A stretch of DNA of 64,000 bases from a virus, in the IMG/VR virus record IMGVR_UViG_3300047157_000171, one strand, 5' to 3'. The notes beneath the pieces are model-generated. The model was not told the origin of the DNA. It did no database searches and saw only the letters and a list, made by a program, of their open reading frames with translations. Positions 36,269 to 46,867 of this stretch are shown piece after piece. A program made the position numbers and the translations under genes. The first letter of the stretch is position 1; each line of letters starts with the position of its first letter.

Positions 36269-39088
36269 ATGGCTAAGAACATAATTATCACACCGAATTT
36301 AACAGGGACAGATAATCCAAACATAGCTATCACCAATGGAAATGAAGAGATTGTCATCGGCTTAAACGCCGGTGGCTCTCTTATCTTCCAAGACGGTGGT
36401 GGAACTACGTTATTGGAACTGGACTCTAATGGTAACGCCACAGTAAAGAACCAAAACCTTAAAACTAATCAGTTTACAGTAAACTCACAAGACGCTTTCG
36501 ACGAGTCCCTTTATGTAGGTCCATCAGGACACTTAAAAGGACAGAAAGGTATCAAAGGAAACATAGGACCCACCGGAGCTCAAGGAGCGAAAGGAGTAAT
36601 TGGGGCAAAAGGTTTGAAAGGATACATTGGTTCCGTAGGGGTGGTAGGTGCCCAAGGTGCTCAGGGTGCTCAAGGACAAGTAGGTGCAACTGCACCAAAA
36701 GGTCCAAAAGGCCCAATAGGAAATGCAGGTCCAACAGGACCCGTAGGACCAAAAGGAGGACAAGGTGCTCAAGGACCTAAAGGTTACGTAGGTAATCAAG
36801 GGAGTAAAGGAGTAACAGGACCTAAAGGTCTAAAAGGAGGAGTAGGTCCACAAGGACCACAAGGTGCTTCACCTCAAGGACCACAAGGACCGCAAGGACC
36901 TCAAGGACCACAAGGACCGCAAGGACCTAAAGGTTATAAAGGGATAAAAGGTGCGACAGGTAATGTCGGACCAACAGGACAGAAAGGTATCGCGGGTACT
37001 AAAGGTAACGAAGGACCTATAGGGGACAGAGGTATCACAGGACTTAAAGGATACAAAGGTATTACAGGACCTAAGGGTCAGACGGGTAATAAAGGACCCA
37101 AAGGTAATGCCGGTGACCAAGGACCTACCGCAGCAAAAGGTGCGTTAGGTAATAAAGGTACTAAAGGTAACAAAGGTGTCATTGGCTCGAAAGGGTATAA
37201 GGGCAATAGAGGACCACAAGGACCAAAAGGTTATGAACCTAAAGGACCTAAAGGATACCAAGGACCTAAAGGGTACAAAGGTATCAAAGGTAACAAAGGT
37301 ATTAAAGGAAACACAGGACCACAAGGACCGAGAGGTATACAAGGTGGCGGCGGTGACTTAGGACCAACAGGTGTTGCAGGTATCAACGGACCAAAAGGAC
37401 CAAGAGGTGTTCAAGGACCTGTCGGTACTCAAGGACCAAAAGGTTATAAAGGGGTCAAAGGTAATAAAGGACCACAAGGTACTAAAGGACCTCAGGGAGA
37501 CCAAGGAGGGCCAGGTGCTAAAGGTGTTATTGGACCTCAAGGTAATAAAGGTATAAAAGGTAACGCAGGACCAAAAGGTTATATTGGTTCTTCTATTAAA
37601 GGTAATAGAGGAGGACAAGGACCAACAGGTTATAAAGGTATCAAAGGTAATAAAGGTGTTAAGGGTATCAAAGGAAACTTTGGACCTCAAGGACCTACAG
37701 GACCTACAGGAAACCAAGGACCGACAGGTGCTAAAGGAACTGCTGGAGCCACAGGAACTAAAGGTAACCGAGGAGGTACTGGCGGACCGGGTGACAAAGG
37801 TGTTACAGGACCGGGAGGACCAACAGGTGGAAAAGGTATCAAAGGTAACATAGGTGGACAAGGACCAAGAGGAGGTCAAGGTGCACAAGGTTATCAAGGA
37901 GCGAGAGGTACTACAGGACTTAAAGGAAATAAAGGTATCAAAGGTTATCAAGGTGATAAAGGTCAAACAGGTGGAAAAGGTATTAAAGGTAATATCGGAC
38001 CAGGTGGACCAACAGGGCCAGGAGGTGACAGAGGACCAAACGGTGATGCAGGTGGAAAAGGTTACAGAGGTGACCAAGGACCTACAGGACAGAAAGGTTA
38101 TAAAGGAGCCCCAGGTGGAAAAGGTATCAAAGGTAACATAGGTGGTCAAGGAGCGAGAGGTCCACAAGGAGGACAAGGTTCTCAAGGAGCACGAGGTACT
38201 ACAGGACCAAAAGGACCTAAAGGTTATAAAGGTAATGCTGGTGCCAAAGGTTATCAAGGTTCTAAAGGTATCAAAGGTAATAAAGGAACTAAGGGTTATA
38301 CGGGTAATCAAGGACCACAAGGTGACAAAGGTTACGTAGGTGACCCAGGAGCTCAAGGACCCGCAGGTGGAAACAGTAGTACCAAAGGTGGTAGAGGACC
38401 ACAAGGTACTTCACCAAAAGGTTATATTGGAGGACAAGGACCACAAGGTAACAAAGGTGTCAGAGGACAACAAGGACCGGGTGGTGACTTATATCTTGTA
38501 TCAACATTCCCAGATGCTCCTGAAGGACCAACAGGACAAAGAGGACCAACAGGACCGAATGGTACATCTAAAGGACCAAAAGGATATGCAGGACCACAAG
38601 GTACTCAAGGACCGAAAGGTGTAAAAGGACCGTCATATTTTGGACCAAAAGGTAAGAGAGGACCTAAAGGTTCAGGAGGACCAAAAGGACCAAAAGGATA
38701 CGGACCATTTGGTCAGGGACCAAAAGGATATAAAGGACCAAAAGGACCTACAGGTAACTCATCTGATATGAGGTTAAAGGAAAACATCAAAGAATTAGTT
38801 GGTGGTATTGAAAAAATATCAAAACTTAGAGGTGTTAAATTTGATTGGATTAAAGAATCTGTTCATAATGTGGATGGAGTTAAAGGTGGAGATGCTGGTT
38901 TTATCGCACAAGAAGTTAACGAGGTTTTACCTGAGTTGACTAATATAATGAATCAAGAGAATGGTACAATGCAAGTCAACTATGCTAAGATGACTTCGGT
39001 ATTAATCTCAGCACTTAGAGAACAGAGGGAAATCGTTAAAGAATATACTGATAAACTTGAAATAATTAAATTAAATCGTTCGAAATAA
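36269..39088 (+). CDS. Collagen-like fibre protein 1 with C-terminal S74 intramolecular chaperone
   Basis: About 740 aa of Gly-X-Y (aa ~91-830), then SSDMRLKENI..LRGVKFDW..AGFIAQEV..LPEL..VNY. Confidence 0.92.
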   Translation: MAKNIIITPNLTGTDNPNIAITNGNEEIVIGLNAGGSLIFQDGGGTTLLELDSNGNATVKNQNLKTNQFTVNSQDAFDESLYVGPSGHLKGQKGIKGNIGPTGAQGAKGVIGAKGLKGYIGSVGVVGAQGAQGAQGQVGATAPKGPKGPIGNAGPTGPVGPKGGQGAQGPKGYVGNQGSKGVTGPKGLKGGVGPQGPQGASPQGPQGPQGPQGPQGPQGPKGYKGIKGATGNVGPTGQKGIAGTKGNEGPIGDRGITGLKGYKGITGPKGQTGNKGPKGNAGDQGPTAAKGALGNKGTKGNKGVIGSKGYKGNRGPQGPKGYEPKGPKGYQGPKGYKGIKGNKGIKGNTGPQGPRGIQGGGGDLGPTGVAGINGPKGPRGVQGPVGTQGPKGYKGVKGNKGPQGTKGPQGDQGGPGAKGVIGPQGNKGIKGNAGPKGYIGSSIKGNRGGQGPTGYKGIKGNKGVKGIKGNFGPQGPTGPTGNQGPTGAKGTAGATGTKGNRGGTGGPGDKGVTGPGGPTGGKGIKGNIGGQGPRGGQGAQGYQGARGTTGLKGNKGIKGYQGDKGQTGGKGIKGNIGPGGPTGPGGDRGPNGDAGGKGYRGDQGPTGQKGYKGAPGGKGIKGNIGGQGARGPQGGQGSQGARGTTGPKGPKGYKGNAGAKGYQGSKGIKGNKGTKGYTGNQGPQGDKGYVGDPGAQGPAGGNSSTKGGRGPQGTSPKGYIGGQGPQGNKGVRGQQGPGGDLYLVSTFPDAPEGPTGQRGPTGPNGTSKGPKGYAGPQGTQGPKGVKGPSYFGPKGKRGPKGSGGPKGPKGYGPFGQGPKGYKGPKGPTGNSSDMRLKENIKELVGGIEKISKLRGVKFDWIKESVHNVDGVKGGDAGFIAQEVNEVLPELTNIMNQENGTMQVNYAKMTSVLISALREQREIVKEYTDKLEIIKLNRSK

Positions 39089-42021
39089 TGGCACTACAAA
39101 AAGGAAACAAAGGGATACAGATTATTCCAAATAGAGTAGGTACGAATGAACCTAAAATAGAACTTTACCAAGGTTCTACTACGTATACACTAGAAGTTGA
39201 AGACAACACTAATGATGTTGTTATATTTTTAAATGGTACGGAGGTCGCTCGTATGAAATCATCAGGTGATGAGAGATTTCAAATTGTTGGAGACCTAATA
39301 ATTGACGGAGATTTAAGGGACTCAAGTGGTAACGTAATCGTAACTCAATCAGGTATTTACAACGGAACATTCCAAGGTACTACAGGTGACAGAGGACCTC
39401 AGGGACCTCAAGGTAACCAAGGGCCTAAGGGAACAAAAGGACCGAAAGGTAACTTTGGACCTACAGGTCAGAAAGGAACTAAAGGAGTTGCTGGTAATAA
39501 AGGTAATAAAGGTACTAAAGGTAATAATTCACCTAAAGGTGTTATTGGAGATAACGGACCAAGAGGAAATGACGGACCGCAAGGACCGCAAGGACCTCAA
39601 GGTGATAAGGGTATTAAAGGTAACTTAGGTGATAAAGGTTTAAAAGGTAACCGTGGATATCAAGGTGGAAACGGAGACAAAGGACCTATCGGAAACAAAG
39701 GTAACAAAGGTGCTAAAGGTATCAAAGGTAACGTTGGTAACAAAGGTATCAAAGGTATTAAAGGTAATATCGGAGGTAACGGAGATTTAGGACCAACAGG
39801 TACTCAAGGGGTTAAAGGTGTTTTAGGTGCTAAGGGTTATACCGGAGCACAAGGACCACAAGGGCCTCAGGGACCTAAAGGTTATCAACCAACAGGGCCA
39901 ATTGGGCCAAAAGGTAATAGAGGATATCAAGGGGCTATTGGTGACAAAGGTTACCAAGGTGGACAAGGTGTCTCACCAAAAGGACCAAAAGGTGGACCTG
40001 GTGACCAAGGACCAAAAGGACCTCAGGGTAATAAAGGACCGACAGGACCAAAAGGTTATAAAGGTGTCGGAGGTGGACAATCATCTTTGGGTGTAGGTGT
40101 TATTACAGGACCTACAGGACAGAAAGGTATCACAGGGCCAGTTGGACCTACAGGACCGCAAGGACCGATTGGAACACAAGGACCTCAAGGACCTAAGGGT
40201 TATAGAGGTGCTACCGGTCAGAAGGGTTATGCAATCAATGACGACCCTTCAACTCCGGGATTAACTGCTCCTAAAGGACCAAAAGGACCACAAGGTTACA
40301 TTGGTAATACAGGACCGAAAGGTGCTACCGGTGATGGTGGAGATAGAGGACCTCAGGGAAATACAGGTAATGCTGGTTCAAAAGGTCAGATAGGACCACA
40401 AGGTGCTAAAGGTTATAAAGGTAATATTGGAGGACCTGGTGATAAAGGTTATACAGGTGGAAAAGGACCTAACGCGGCTGCGGGACCAAAAGGACCTAAA
40501 GGTAATGTTGGAAACAAAGGTACAACAGGACCAGGTGGACCACAAGGACCTACAGGACCAATTGGAACTAAAGGTAATATTGGTAATAAAGGTGTTACAG
40601 GACTTAAAGGAAATAAAGGTATCAAAGGACAAAAAGGGGCATCCCCTCAGGGACCTAAGGGTTACAGAGGAGCACAAGGACCACAAGGTTCTCAAGGAGC
40701 ACGAGGTACTACAGGACCAAAAGGACCTAAAGGTTATAAAGGTAACAAAGGTGTTAAGGGTTATATAGGTACCAAAGGAAACAAGGGTGTTAAAGGATAC
40801 CAACCAGTTGGACCACAAGGACCTATAGGGACTAAAGGTATTAGAGGTGCTACGGGACCACAAGGGCCTACAGGACCACAAGGAAACCAAGGACCACAAG
40901 GTGGTCAGGGACCAAAAGGATACATAGGACCTTCATATAAAGGACCTACAGGTTATAAAGGTGTCGTATCAAGTGTCGGAGACAGAGGTGCTACGGGACC
41001 AAAAGGGCCTAAAGGTTATAAAGGTAATGCAGGACCAAAAGGATATAAGGGTATCAAAGGAAACAAAGGTGTTAAAGGATATCAACCACAAGGGCCAACA
41101 GGACAAAAAGGTTATACAGGTGCAAAAGGACAGAAAGGTATAACAGGACCAGGCGGACCTACAGGACCTACAGGTTCTAATGGTACTAAAGGTAACAGAG
41201 GTGGTTTAGGACCTCAGGGACCAAAAGGTATTAAAGGTAACAGAGGTAATACAGGACCAAAAGGACCGAAAGGAAATAAAGGTACTAAAGGTATTAAAGG
41301 ATACAAAGGTAATAAGGGTATTAAAGGTAACTTAGGTGATAAAGGTACTAAAGGTAACAGAGGTAACTTTGGACCAAACGCAGGACCAAGAGGACCACAA
41401 GGACCACAAGGACCAAGAGGATATCAAGGTAACTTTGGACCACAAGGACCAGTAGGTGCTAAAGGTGGTTCAGGTGCTGGTGGTGGTACAGGTCAAAAAG
41501 GTGGTACTTCCGCGGGTCTTAAAGGACCTAAAGGGTATGCTGGACCTATATCTTCTTTTGGAGGCTCTGGTGGACCACAAGGTGACCCAGGACCTATAGG
41601 TACTAAAGGTAATAGAGGACCAACAGGACAAAAAGGAGCATCCGGCGGTGGCGGCGGTGGTCCAACTAGTGGTGGTGGTTCATCATCACTTCTTTCAGAT
41701 AAGAGACTTAAATTAGATATTAATTTAATATCGAATCCTTTACAAAAAATCCAAGAACTGATACCTGTCGAATTTGATTGGACAGATAAAGGTTTAGAAG
41801 ATGGACTTGTACGTGGAGCCTACGGGAAACACGATATTGGTTTTGTTGCTCAAAACGCTAAAAAAGTAATTCCAAGTTCAGTTAACACTGAAGATACGGG
41901 TTACTTAACATTGTCATACTCTAGAGTTGTTCCATTAATCATTGAAGCGATTAAGGAAGAACAAAAAAACATTGATATGTTAGAGGAAGAAATAAATAAA
42001 CTTAGACTAAACAACAATTAA
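39088..42021 (+). CDS. Collagen-like fibre protein 2 with C-terminal S74 intramolecular chaperone
   Basis: About 755 aa of Gly-X-Y, then [38 protein letters not shown]. Confidence 0.92.
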   Translation: MALQKGNKGIQIIPNRVGTNEPKIELYQGSTTYTLEVEDNTNDVVIFLNGTEVARMKSSGDERFQIVGDLIIDGDLRDSSGNVIVTQSGIYNGTFQGTTGDRGPQGPQGNQGPKGTKGPKGNFGPTGQKGTKGVAGNKGNKGTKGNNSPKGVIGDNGPRGNDGPQGPQGPQGDKGIKGNLGDKGLKGNRGYQGGNGDKGPIGNKGNKGAKGIKGNVGNKGIKGIKGNIGGNGDLGPTGTQGVKGVLGAKGYTGAQGPQGPQGPKGYQPTGPIGPKGNRGYQGAIGDKGYQGGQGVSPKGPKGGPGDQGPKGPQGNKGPTGPKGYKGVGGGQSSLGVGVITGPTGQKGITGPVGPTGPQGPIGTQGPQGPKGYRGATGQKGYAINDDPSTPGLTAPKGPKGPQGYIGNTGPKGATGDGGDRGPQGNTGNAGSKGQIGPQGAKGYKGNIGGPGDKGYTGGKGPNAAAGPKGPKGNVGNKGTTGPGGPQGPTGPIGTKGNIGNKGVTGLKGNKGIKGQKGASPQGPKGYRGAQGPQGSQGARGTTGPKGPKGYKGNKGVKGYIGTKGNKGVKGYQPVGPQGPIGTKGIRGATGPQGPTGPQGNQGPQGGQGPKGYIGPSYKGPTGYKGVVSSVGDRGATGPKGPKGYKGNAGPKGYKGIKGNKGVKGYQPQGPTGQKGYTGAKGQKGITGPGGPTGPTGSNGTKGNRGGLGPQGPKGIKGNRGNTGPKGPKGNKGTKGIKGYKGNKGIKGNLGDKGTKGNRGNFGPNAGPRGPQGPQGPRGYQGNFGPQGPVGAKGGSGAGGGTGQKGGTSAGLKGPKGYAGPISSFGGSGGPQGDPGPIGTKGNRGPTGQKGASGGGGGGPTSGGGSSSLLSDKRLKLDINLISNPLQKIQELIPVEFDWTDKGLEDGLVRGAYGKHDIGFVAQNAKKVIPSSVNTEDTGYLTLSYSRVVPLIIEAIKEEQKNIDMLEEEINKLRLNNN

Positions 42022-42023
42022 TC

Positions 42024-44870
42024 ATGGCTAAGAATATATTAATCACACCAAATAGAACAGGAACAGAGTCTCCTGAGATATTGTTAGTAAATAACGGTAC
42101 TGTAGACTCAATCTTTACAATCGGTGAGAATCTTCCATTACTTATCGGTGAAGACGGAGCTCCGGCAGCTAGTTTTAGTTCAAACGGGTTTTTAACACCT
42201 AACGGATTTAAAATTACGGGGTCGTTAAAAGTAAGAAATGGGAGTGGAACATCCGTTACTGTATTAGATAATACGGGAACATGGACAGGTTCATTCACAG
42301 GTATAAAAGGGAATCAAGGACCGCAAGGATATAAAGGTCAAAAAGGACCACAGGGTAATACGGGTGACTTTGGACCACAAGGTGACAGAGGTTACAAAGG
42401 TGGTTTTGGAGACAAAGGTTATCAAGGTGGACCTGGTGATAAAGGATATCAAGGTAACGTAGGACCAAAAGGACCAAAAGGTGTTATTGGAGCTAAAGGT
42501 TTCAAAGGACTGAAAGGTAATTTAGGGACTCAGGGACCCGGTGGACCAATAGGTCCTCAGGGAGCCCAAGGACCTACAGGACCAAAAGGTTATATTGGTA
42601 ACCAAGGTGGTATAGGACCTCAGGGTAATGTAGGACCAACAGGTGACGTAGGATATACGGGACCAAAAGGTGTTGTAGGACCAGGTGGACCGACAGGACC
42701 GAGAGGTTATCAAGGACCACAAGGTACTTCACCAAAAGGTATCAAAGGTACAACAGGTGATAAAGGTGTAACAGGTGCTAAAGGTATCAAAGGTAACAAA
42801 GGTGTAACAGGTGGAAGAGGACCTCAGGGTCAGACTAACACAACCAAAGGACCTACAGGTTATAAAGGTGTCAGAGGTACTAAAGGACAGAAAGGTATTA
42901 TTGGTTCGACTTCACAACAAGGAGACCAAGGATATCAAGGAGGTCAAGGACCGGGTGGTGATAAAGGAACCATAGGTGCACAAGGTACTACAGGTGATAG
43001 AGGTGTTACAGGACCAAAGGGACTTAAAGGTAACGTTGGTGCTAGAGGATACCAAGGAGGCCAAGGAGGTCAAGGTGCTCAAGGTGGTAATACTAAAGGT
43101 AATAAGGGTATTACAGGACCTAAGGGTTACAAAGGTGGAAAAGGACCTGCAGTTGCTAATGGACCGAAAGGACCAATAGGTGGACCGGGTAATAAGGGTG
43201 TCTCTAATATTAGAGGAGCCCAAGGACCACAAGGACCAAAAGGTTATATCGGTATTAAAGGTGTCAAAGGTGGTATCGGAGATAAAGGTATTACAGGACC
43301 AGGTGGACCTACAGGACCACAAGGAAACCAAGGACCACAAGGTGAAAGAGGTGGTACGGGTACTTCTTATACGGGTAACGTTGGAGACAAAGGTTATAGA
43401 GGAGCACAAGGATACCAAGGACCACAAGGTTCTCAAGGACCACAAGGTGGTAACACTAAAGGGTATAAAGGTAATATTGGTTACAAAGGAATCAAAGGAC
43501 CACAAGGACCAACAGGTCAAAAAGGAGCTACAGGTAATATAGGTGGCGGTGGTGATAAAGGTTACATCGGTGTTAAAGGAAACAAAGGTGTTAAAGGTTA
43601 TCAACCACAAGGACCAGGCGGACCTACAGGACCGGGAGGACCAACAGGACAGAAAGGTATCACAGGACCAACAGGTCAAAAAGGTGGTCAAGGAAACCAA
43701 GGTGCTAAAGGTAATGTTGGGAATAAAGGACCAAAAGGTTATCAACCACAAGGACCAAAAGGTATCAAAGGTATCAAAGGAAACAAAGGTACTAAAGGTA
43801 ATAAAGGTTATAAGGGGATATCTACCGTTTCATCTTTAACTAAAGGTACTAAAGGTAATAAAGGATATAGACATTCTACAGGACCAAAAGGTTATCAACC
43901 ACAAGGACCCGTTGGAGACAAAGGTTATCAAGGTGGACCGGGTGATGGTGGACCTACAGGACCGGGAGGACCAACAGGTGGAAAAGGTATTAAAGGTAAC
44001 ATCGGTGGTCAAGGTGCTAAAGGTAATGCTGGACCTACAGGATACCAAGGAGCACAAGGAGCAAAAGGTGTTAAAGGTAATAACGTTTCTACTAAAGGAC
44101 CAAAAGGTAACGTTGGGGCAAAAGGAGCACAAGGACCTACAGGACCAAAAGGTTATACAGGGTCTCTTGGAAATGTGGGTGACTCACATAGAGGACCAAA
44201 TGGACCTACAGGACCGCAAGGACCGATTGGAACGACAGGTGCTACAGGAGATAAAGGTTACGCTGGATATACTCATTGGGTTAATTCAGGTAGTCCAGCA
44301 CCGGCAGGACCTAAAGGTTTTAAAGGAAACAAAGGTGTTAAAGGATATATAGGACCAAAGGGAATTAAAGGTAATGCTGGAGGCAAAGGTTATCCTTCGT
44401 CTATATTCGGACCAAAGGGAAATAAAGGACCTAATGGATTAGCTGCGACTCAAGGACCTATAGGTGATGCTGGAGCAAGTTCAGGAAACACTAAAGGTAA
44501 TAGAGGACCAAATGGACCACAAGGTTATAGAGGACCAAAAGGGTTTAAAGGAAATGCGGGACCAGCTTCTGATAGAAGAGCTAAGACTAATGTTGAGTTA
44601 ATTACTGATTCGTTAGAAAAAGTATCTAAGATTAGAGGTGTTGAATTCCTATGGAAATCTGATTATAAACCTAAAACTTTAGAAACACCAACGGATATTG
44701 GGGTTATTGCACAAGAGATAAAAGAAGTCTTACCTGAATTAATTATTGAAGGTAATGACGGATTCTTAAGAGTTAATTATCCACAAATCACGTCTTTATT
44801 AGTCAATGCGTTTAACGAACAAAATAGTAAGTTAAATATGATTAAGAAAGATATCGATTCGATGTTATAA
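42024..44870 (+). CDS. Collagen-like fibre protein 3 with C-terminal S74 intramolecular chaperone
   Basis: About 755 aa of Gly-X-Y, then ASDRRAKTNV..IRGVEFLW..IGVIAQEI..LPEL..VNY. Confidence 0.92.
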   Translation: MAKNILITPNRTGTESPEILLVNNGTVDSIFTIGENLPLLIGEDGAPAASFSSNGFLTPNGFKITGSLKVRNGSGTSVTVLDNTGTWTGSFTGIKGNQGPQGYKGQKGPQGNTGDFGPQGDRGYKGGFGDKGYQGGPGDKGYQGNVGPKGPKGVIGAKGFKGLKGNLGTQGPGGPIGPQGAQGPTGPKGYIGNQGGIGPQGNVGPTGDVGYTGPKGVVGPGGPTGPRGYQGPQGTSPKGIKGTTGDKGVTGAKGIKGNKGVTGGRGPQGQTNTTKGPTGYKGVRGTKGQKGIIGSTSQQGDQGYQGGQGPGGDKGTIGAQGTTGDRGVTGPKGLKGNVGARGYQGGQGGQGAQGGNTKGNKGITGPKGYKGGKGPAVANGPKGPIGGPGNKGVSNIRGAQGPQGPKGYIGIKGVKGGIGDKGITGPGGPTGPQGNQGPQGERGGTGTSYTGNVGDKGYRGAQGYQGPQGSQGPQGGNTKGYKGNIGYKGIKGPQGPTGQKGATGNIGGGGDKGYIGVKGNKGVKGYQPQGPGGPTGPGGPTGQKGITGPTGQKGGQGNQGAKGNVGNKGPKGYQPQGPKGIKGIKGNKGTKGNKGYKGISTVSSLTKGTKGNKGYRHSTGPKGYQPQGPVGDKGYQGGPGDGGPTGPGGPTGGKGIKGNIGGQGAKGNAGPTGYQGAQGAKGVKGNNVSTKGPKGNVGAKGAQGPTGPKGYTGSLGNVGDSHRGPNGPTGPQGPIGTTGATGDKGYAGYTHWVNSGSPAPAGPKGFKGNKGVKGYIGPKGIKGNAGGKGYPSSIFGPKGNKGPNGLAATQGPIGDAGASSGNTKGNRGPNGPQGYRGPKGFKGNAGPASDRRAKTNVELITDSLEKVSKIRGVEFLWKSDYKPKTLETPTDIGVIAQEIKEVLPELIIEGNDGFLRVNYPQITSLLVNAFNEQNSKLNMIKKDIDSML

Positions 44871-44893
44871 TTCTTTTAATAGTTTATTAATTT

Positions 44894-44924
44894 AAAACCC
44901 TCATCATAAAGATGGGGGTTTTTT
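44894..44924 (+). terminator. Intrinsic terminator closing the fibre cluster
   Basis: aaaaccctcatc-ataaa-gatggggg followed by a T run. Confidence 0.8.
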
Positions 44925-44949
44925 ATTTACTGATACTACAGGTTTGTTA

Positions 44950-44957
44950 TATTTATT
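44950..44957 (+). promoter_or_regulatory. Putative late-promoter motif TATTTATT
   Basis: Between terminator and the small ORF at 44989. Confidence 0.4.
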
Positions 44958-44988
44958 AATATAATAAAAACTTAAAACAAATAGTATT

Positions 44989-45111
44989 ATGGGATGTGGA
45001 TGTAAAAAGAAAAAAACTGAACAACCAGTTCAGGCACCAAGACAAACAAACGAAGATATTAAAAATCAAATTAAAGTTGTTGTGAACAAATATAATAAAT
45101 TAAAAAAATAA
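44989..45111 (+). CDS. Small Cys/Lys-rich protein (40 aa, not in ORF track)
   Basis: MGCGCKKKKTEQPVQAPRQTNEDIKNQIKVVVNKYNKLKK. Confidence 0.6.
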   Translation: MGCGCKKKKTEQPVQAPRQTNEDIKNQIKVVVNKYNKLKK

Positions 45112-45122
45112 GATAACGACTA

Positions 45123-45130
45123 TATTTATT
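45123..45130 (+). promoter_or_regulatory. Putative late-promoter motif TATTTATT
   Basis: Context tatatttattagtatg is identical to 50211-50226. Confidence 0.45.
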
Positions 45131-45133
45131 AGT

Positions 45134-46228
45134 ATGATGTTATTAAAAATGGTTAAGGAGATAATAATGGACAACCTAAATGAAGGTACATCGTCCGATT
45201 ATCAAACGCTTAGAAAAGTCTTTAAATATAATACAGAAAAGTTATATGGTTATCTACTTAAGAGAGGTGACTTAGATTCTTTCATTGATGATATAGTTAA
45301 AGATGATAGTGATGAGTCTAACGAGTTGATGAAAAATATCATACACGGTATGATATCGGATAAAGATATTGATTCGTTGTATAAATATACCTTACCGATT
45401 TTCTCTGATTTGATATTGAACCGTAATGAAATAATTATGGAATTAGGTGGTAGAGAAGATTTAGCAAAACTCTTTTACCACGATAGTAATATGTCTGAAG
45501 AGACTACAACATCAATCTTATCAGGAGAGTATGATGAACTTTTTTATAGTGGGTATAATTCAGGTAAAGATGAAATGTTTTATTACCTTAGTGATTTAAC
45601 TGAAGAAAACATGAAATTATTAAAAGATTACATGGTTGACGAGGGGTTAAATAAAGAGGTACATTATAATGGAGATAACGAAGTATTAGAAAATTTACTT
45701 AGTGAGGATGACAATATTTTAACCAAAGATTGTTTTGATGAAATCTTTAGGAGTGAAAATAATATAATAGACGCGTTGTACAGTATTGACTTATTTGAAA
45801 ATATGGAAAATAATGTTTCTAACGCTTATGATAGAGCACAGATAGCGGCCTTGGAGACTGAGTTATATAACAATTTAATGAGTTCTATTGAAGATTTCTT
45901 TGGTAGTAAGGGGGAATTTAAATATACCGAAAAGAGTGATTCATATAAACAGAAATACCCCGATAGGAGTCACACACCAACAACAACGTATGTGATAGAA
46001 ATTTCGGAACAGTTATATATTGACGTAATAAGTTGGTGGATTGAAGAAATAAGTGATGCTGGATATTCTATTAATTATTGGGGGGATTTTGAAGATGTGT
46101 TAGAAGAATATTGTAATGAACATCTTTCATATAGAGACCAATTAACATATCGATTCCCTGATTATGCTGACAGTAAACTATCTTCCGATTATATGAATGA
46201 TTCTTTCAGAGATGAATTATATTATTAA
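45134..46228 (+). CDS. Acidic hypothetical protein
   Basis: 364 aa, D/E/Y-rich; N-terminal LLKMVKEIIMDNLNEG. Confidence 0.7.
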   Translation: MMLLKMVKEIIMDNLNEGTSSDYQTLRKVFKYNTEKLYGYLLKRGDLDSFIDDIVKDDSDESNELMKNIIHGMISDKDIDSLYKYTLPIFSDLILNRNEIIMELGGREDLAKLFYHDSNMSEETTTSILSGEYDELFYSGYNSGKDEMFYYLSDLTEENMKLLKDYMVDEGLNKEVHYNGDNEVLENLLSEDDNILTKDCFDEIFRSENNIIDALYSIDLFENMENNVSNAYDRAQIAALETELYNNLMSSIEDFFGSKGEFKYTEKSDSYKQKYPDRSHTPTTTYVIEISEQLYIDVISWWIEEISDAGYSINYWGDFEDVLEEYCNEHLSYRDQLTYRFPDYADSKLSSDYMNDSFRDELYY

Positions 46229-46791
46229 TTAAATAAGTCTACTAAGTTTTCCTTTATTACCATACTTTTCACTGAATTAACATAGTTTTCTGATTCTGCG
46301 TATGAACGACTTAGATAGTTGTAGTATTGTTCTTCAGTTTTTAAATCTTTAAGATATGTGCTTTGATAAAATGCGTAATCTAATACTGATGAGACCCAAT
46401 CAGAATAATATGCGTGGTTTCTATTAGTCCCCAATGCGGTATTCACTCTAATACGAGCTTCTTTCATCCCAAATAGGTTATGATTCTCAATGAATATATC
46501 ACTTTTCCAATATCCTGTTTCAACCATTGATTGTGCCATTACGATATGTGGGAACTTAATGTTAAGTCTCTTAAGTTCTGTTACTAAATTTTCTTTTGAA
46601 AAGTCATACGATTCTTCATTAACACTCATTAGTATGATTTCTTTTTCATATCTATCAACTATTGGGGATTTAGAGTATCTACCATAGAAAAACGATAAAA
46701 TGTTTGTGAGTAGTAATAGGTAGAAGATATGTAATAGTCTCTTTTTGATGCTAACAAACATCAATTTTTTCTTATCGTAACGATATAACAT
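46225..46791 (-). CDS. Membrane-anchored glucosaminidase (GH73-like peptidoglycan hydrolase)
   Basis: N-terminal TM; AQSMVETG..NHNLFGMK..YSDWVSSVLDY..YA..Y. Confidence 0.85.
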   Translation of the reverse strand: MLYRYDKKKLMFVSIKKRLLHIFYLLLLTNILSFFYGRYSKSPIVDRYEKEIILMSVNEESYDFSKENLVTELKRLNIKFPHIVMAQSMVETGYWKSDIFIENHNLFGMKEARIRVNTALGTNRNHAYYSDWVSSVLDYAFYQSTYLKDLKTEEQYYNYLSRSYAESENYVNSVKSMVIKENLVDLFN

Positions 46792-46867
46792 ATAAGGTCT
46801 TTATTTTTTGTTAATGTGATTGTATTTTAAAAGTGTTAAAATAATTGTATAAAGTCAAATTAATACA

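Noticed and set aside
21790-44352. Long antisense and alternate-frame ORFs over the fibre and collagen genes (e.g. 37358..38404-, 42912..43751-, 29635..30474-)
   Set aside because: Shadows of repetitive, codon-biased sequence that lacks stops in other frames; low-complexity products with no motifs.
13539-44870. Eukaryotic or giant-virus (NCLDV) origin suggested by PLOD, collagen and LRR genes
   Set aside because: The bacterial sigma factor, Bacteroidota promoters, intrinsic terminators, overlapping operon-style genes, S74 tail chaperones and PspC/DUF2452 all point to a bacteriophage.
36269-44870. Diversity-generating retroelement acting on fibre genes
   Set aside because: No reverse transcriptase in the window and no template/variable repeat pair differing only at adenines; shared blocks are identical copies within collagen tracts.
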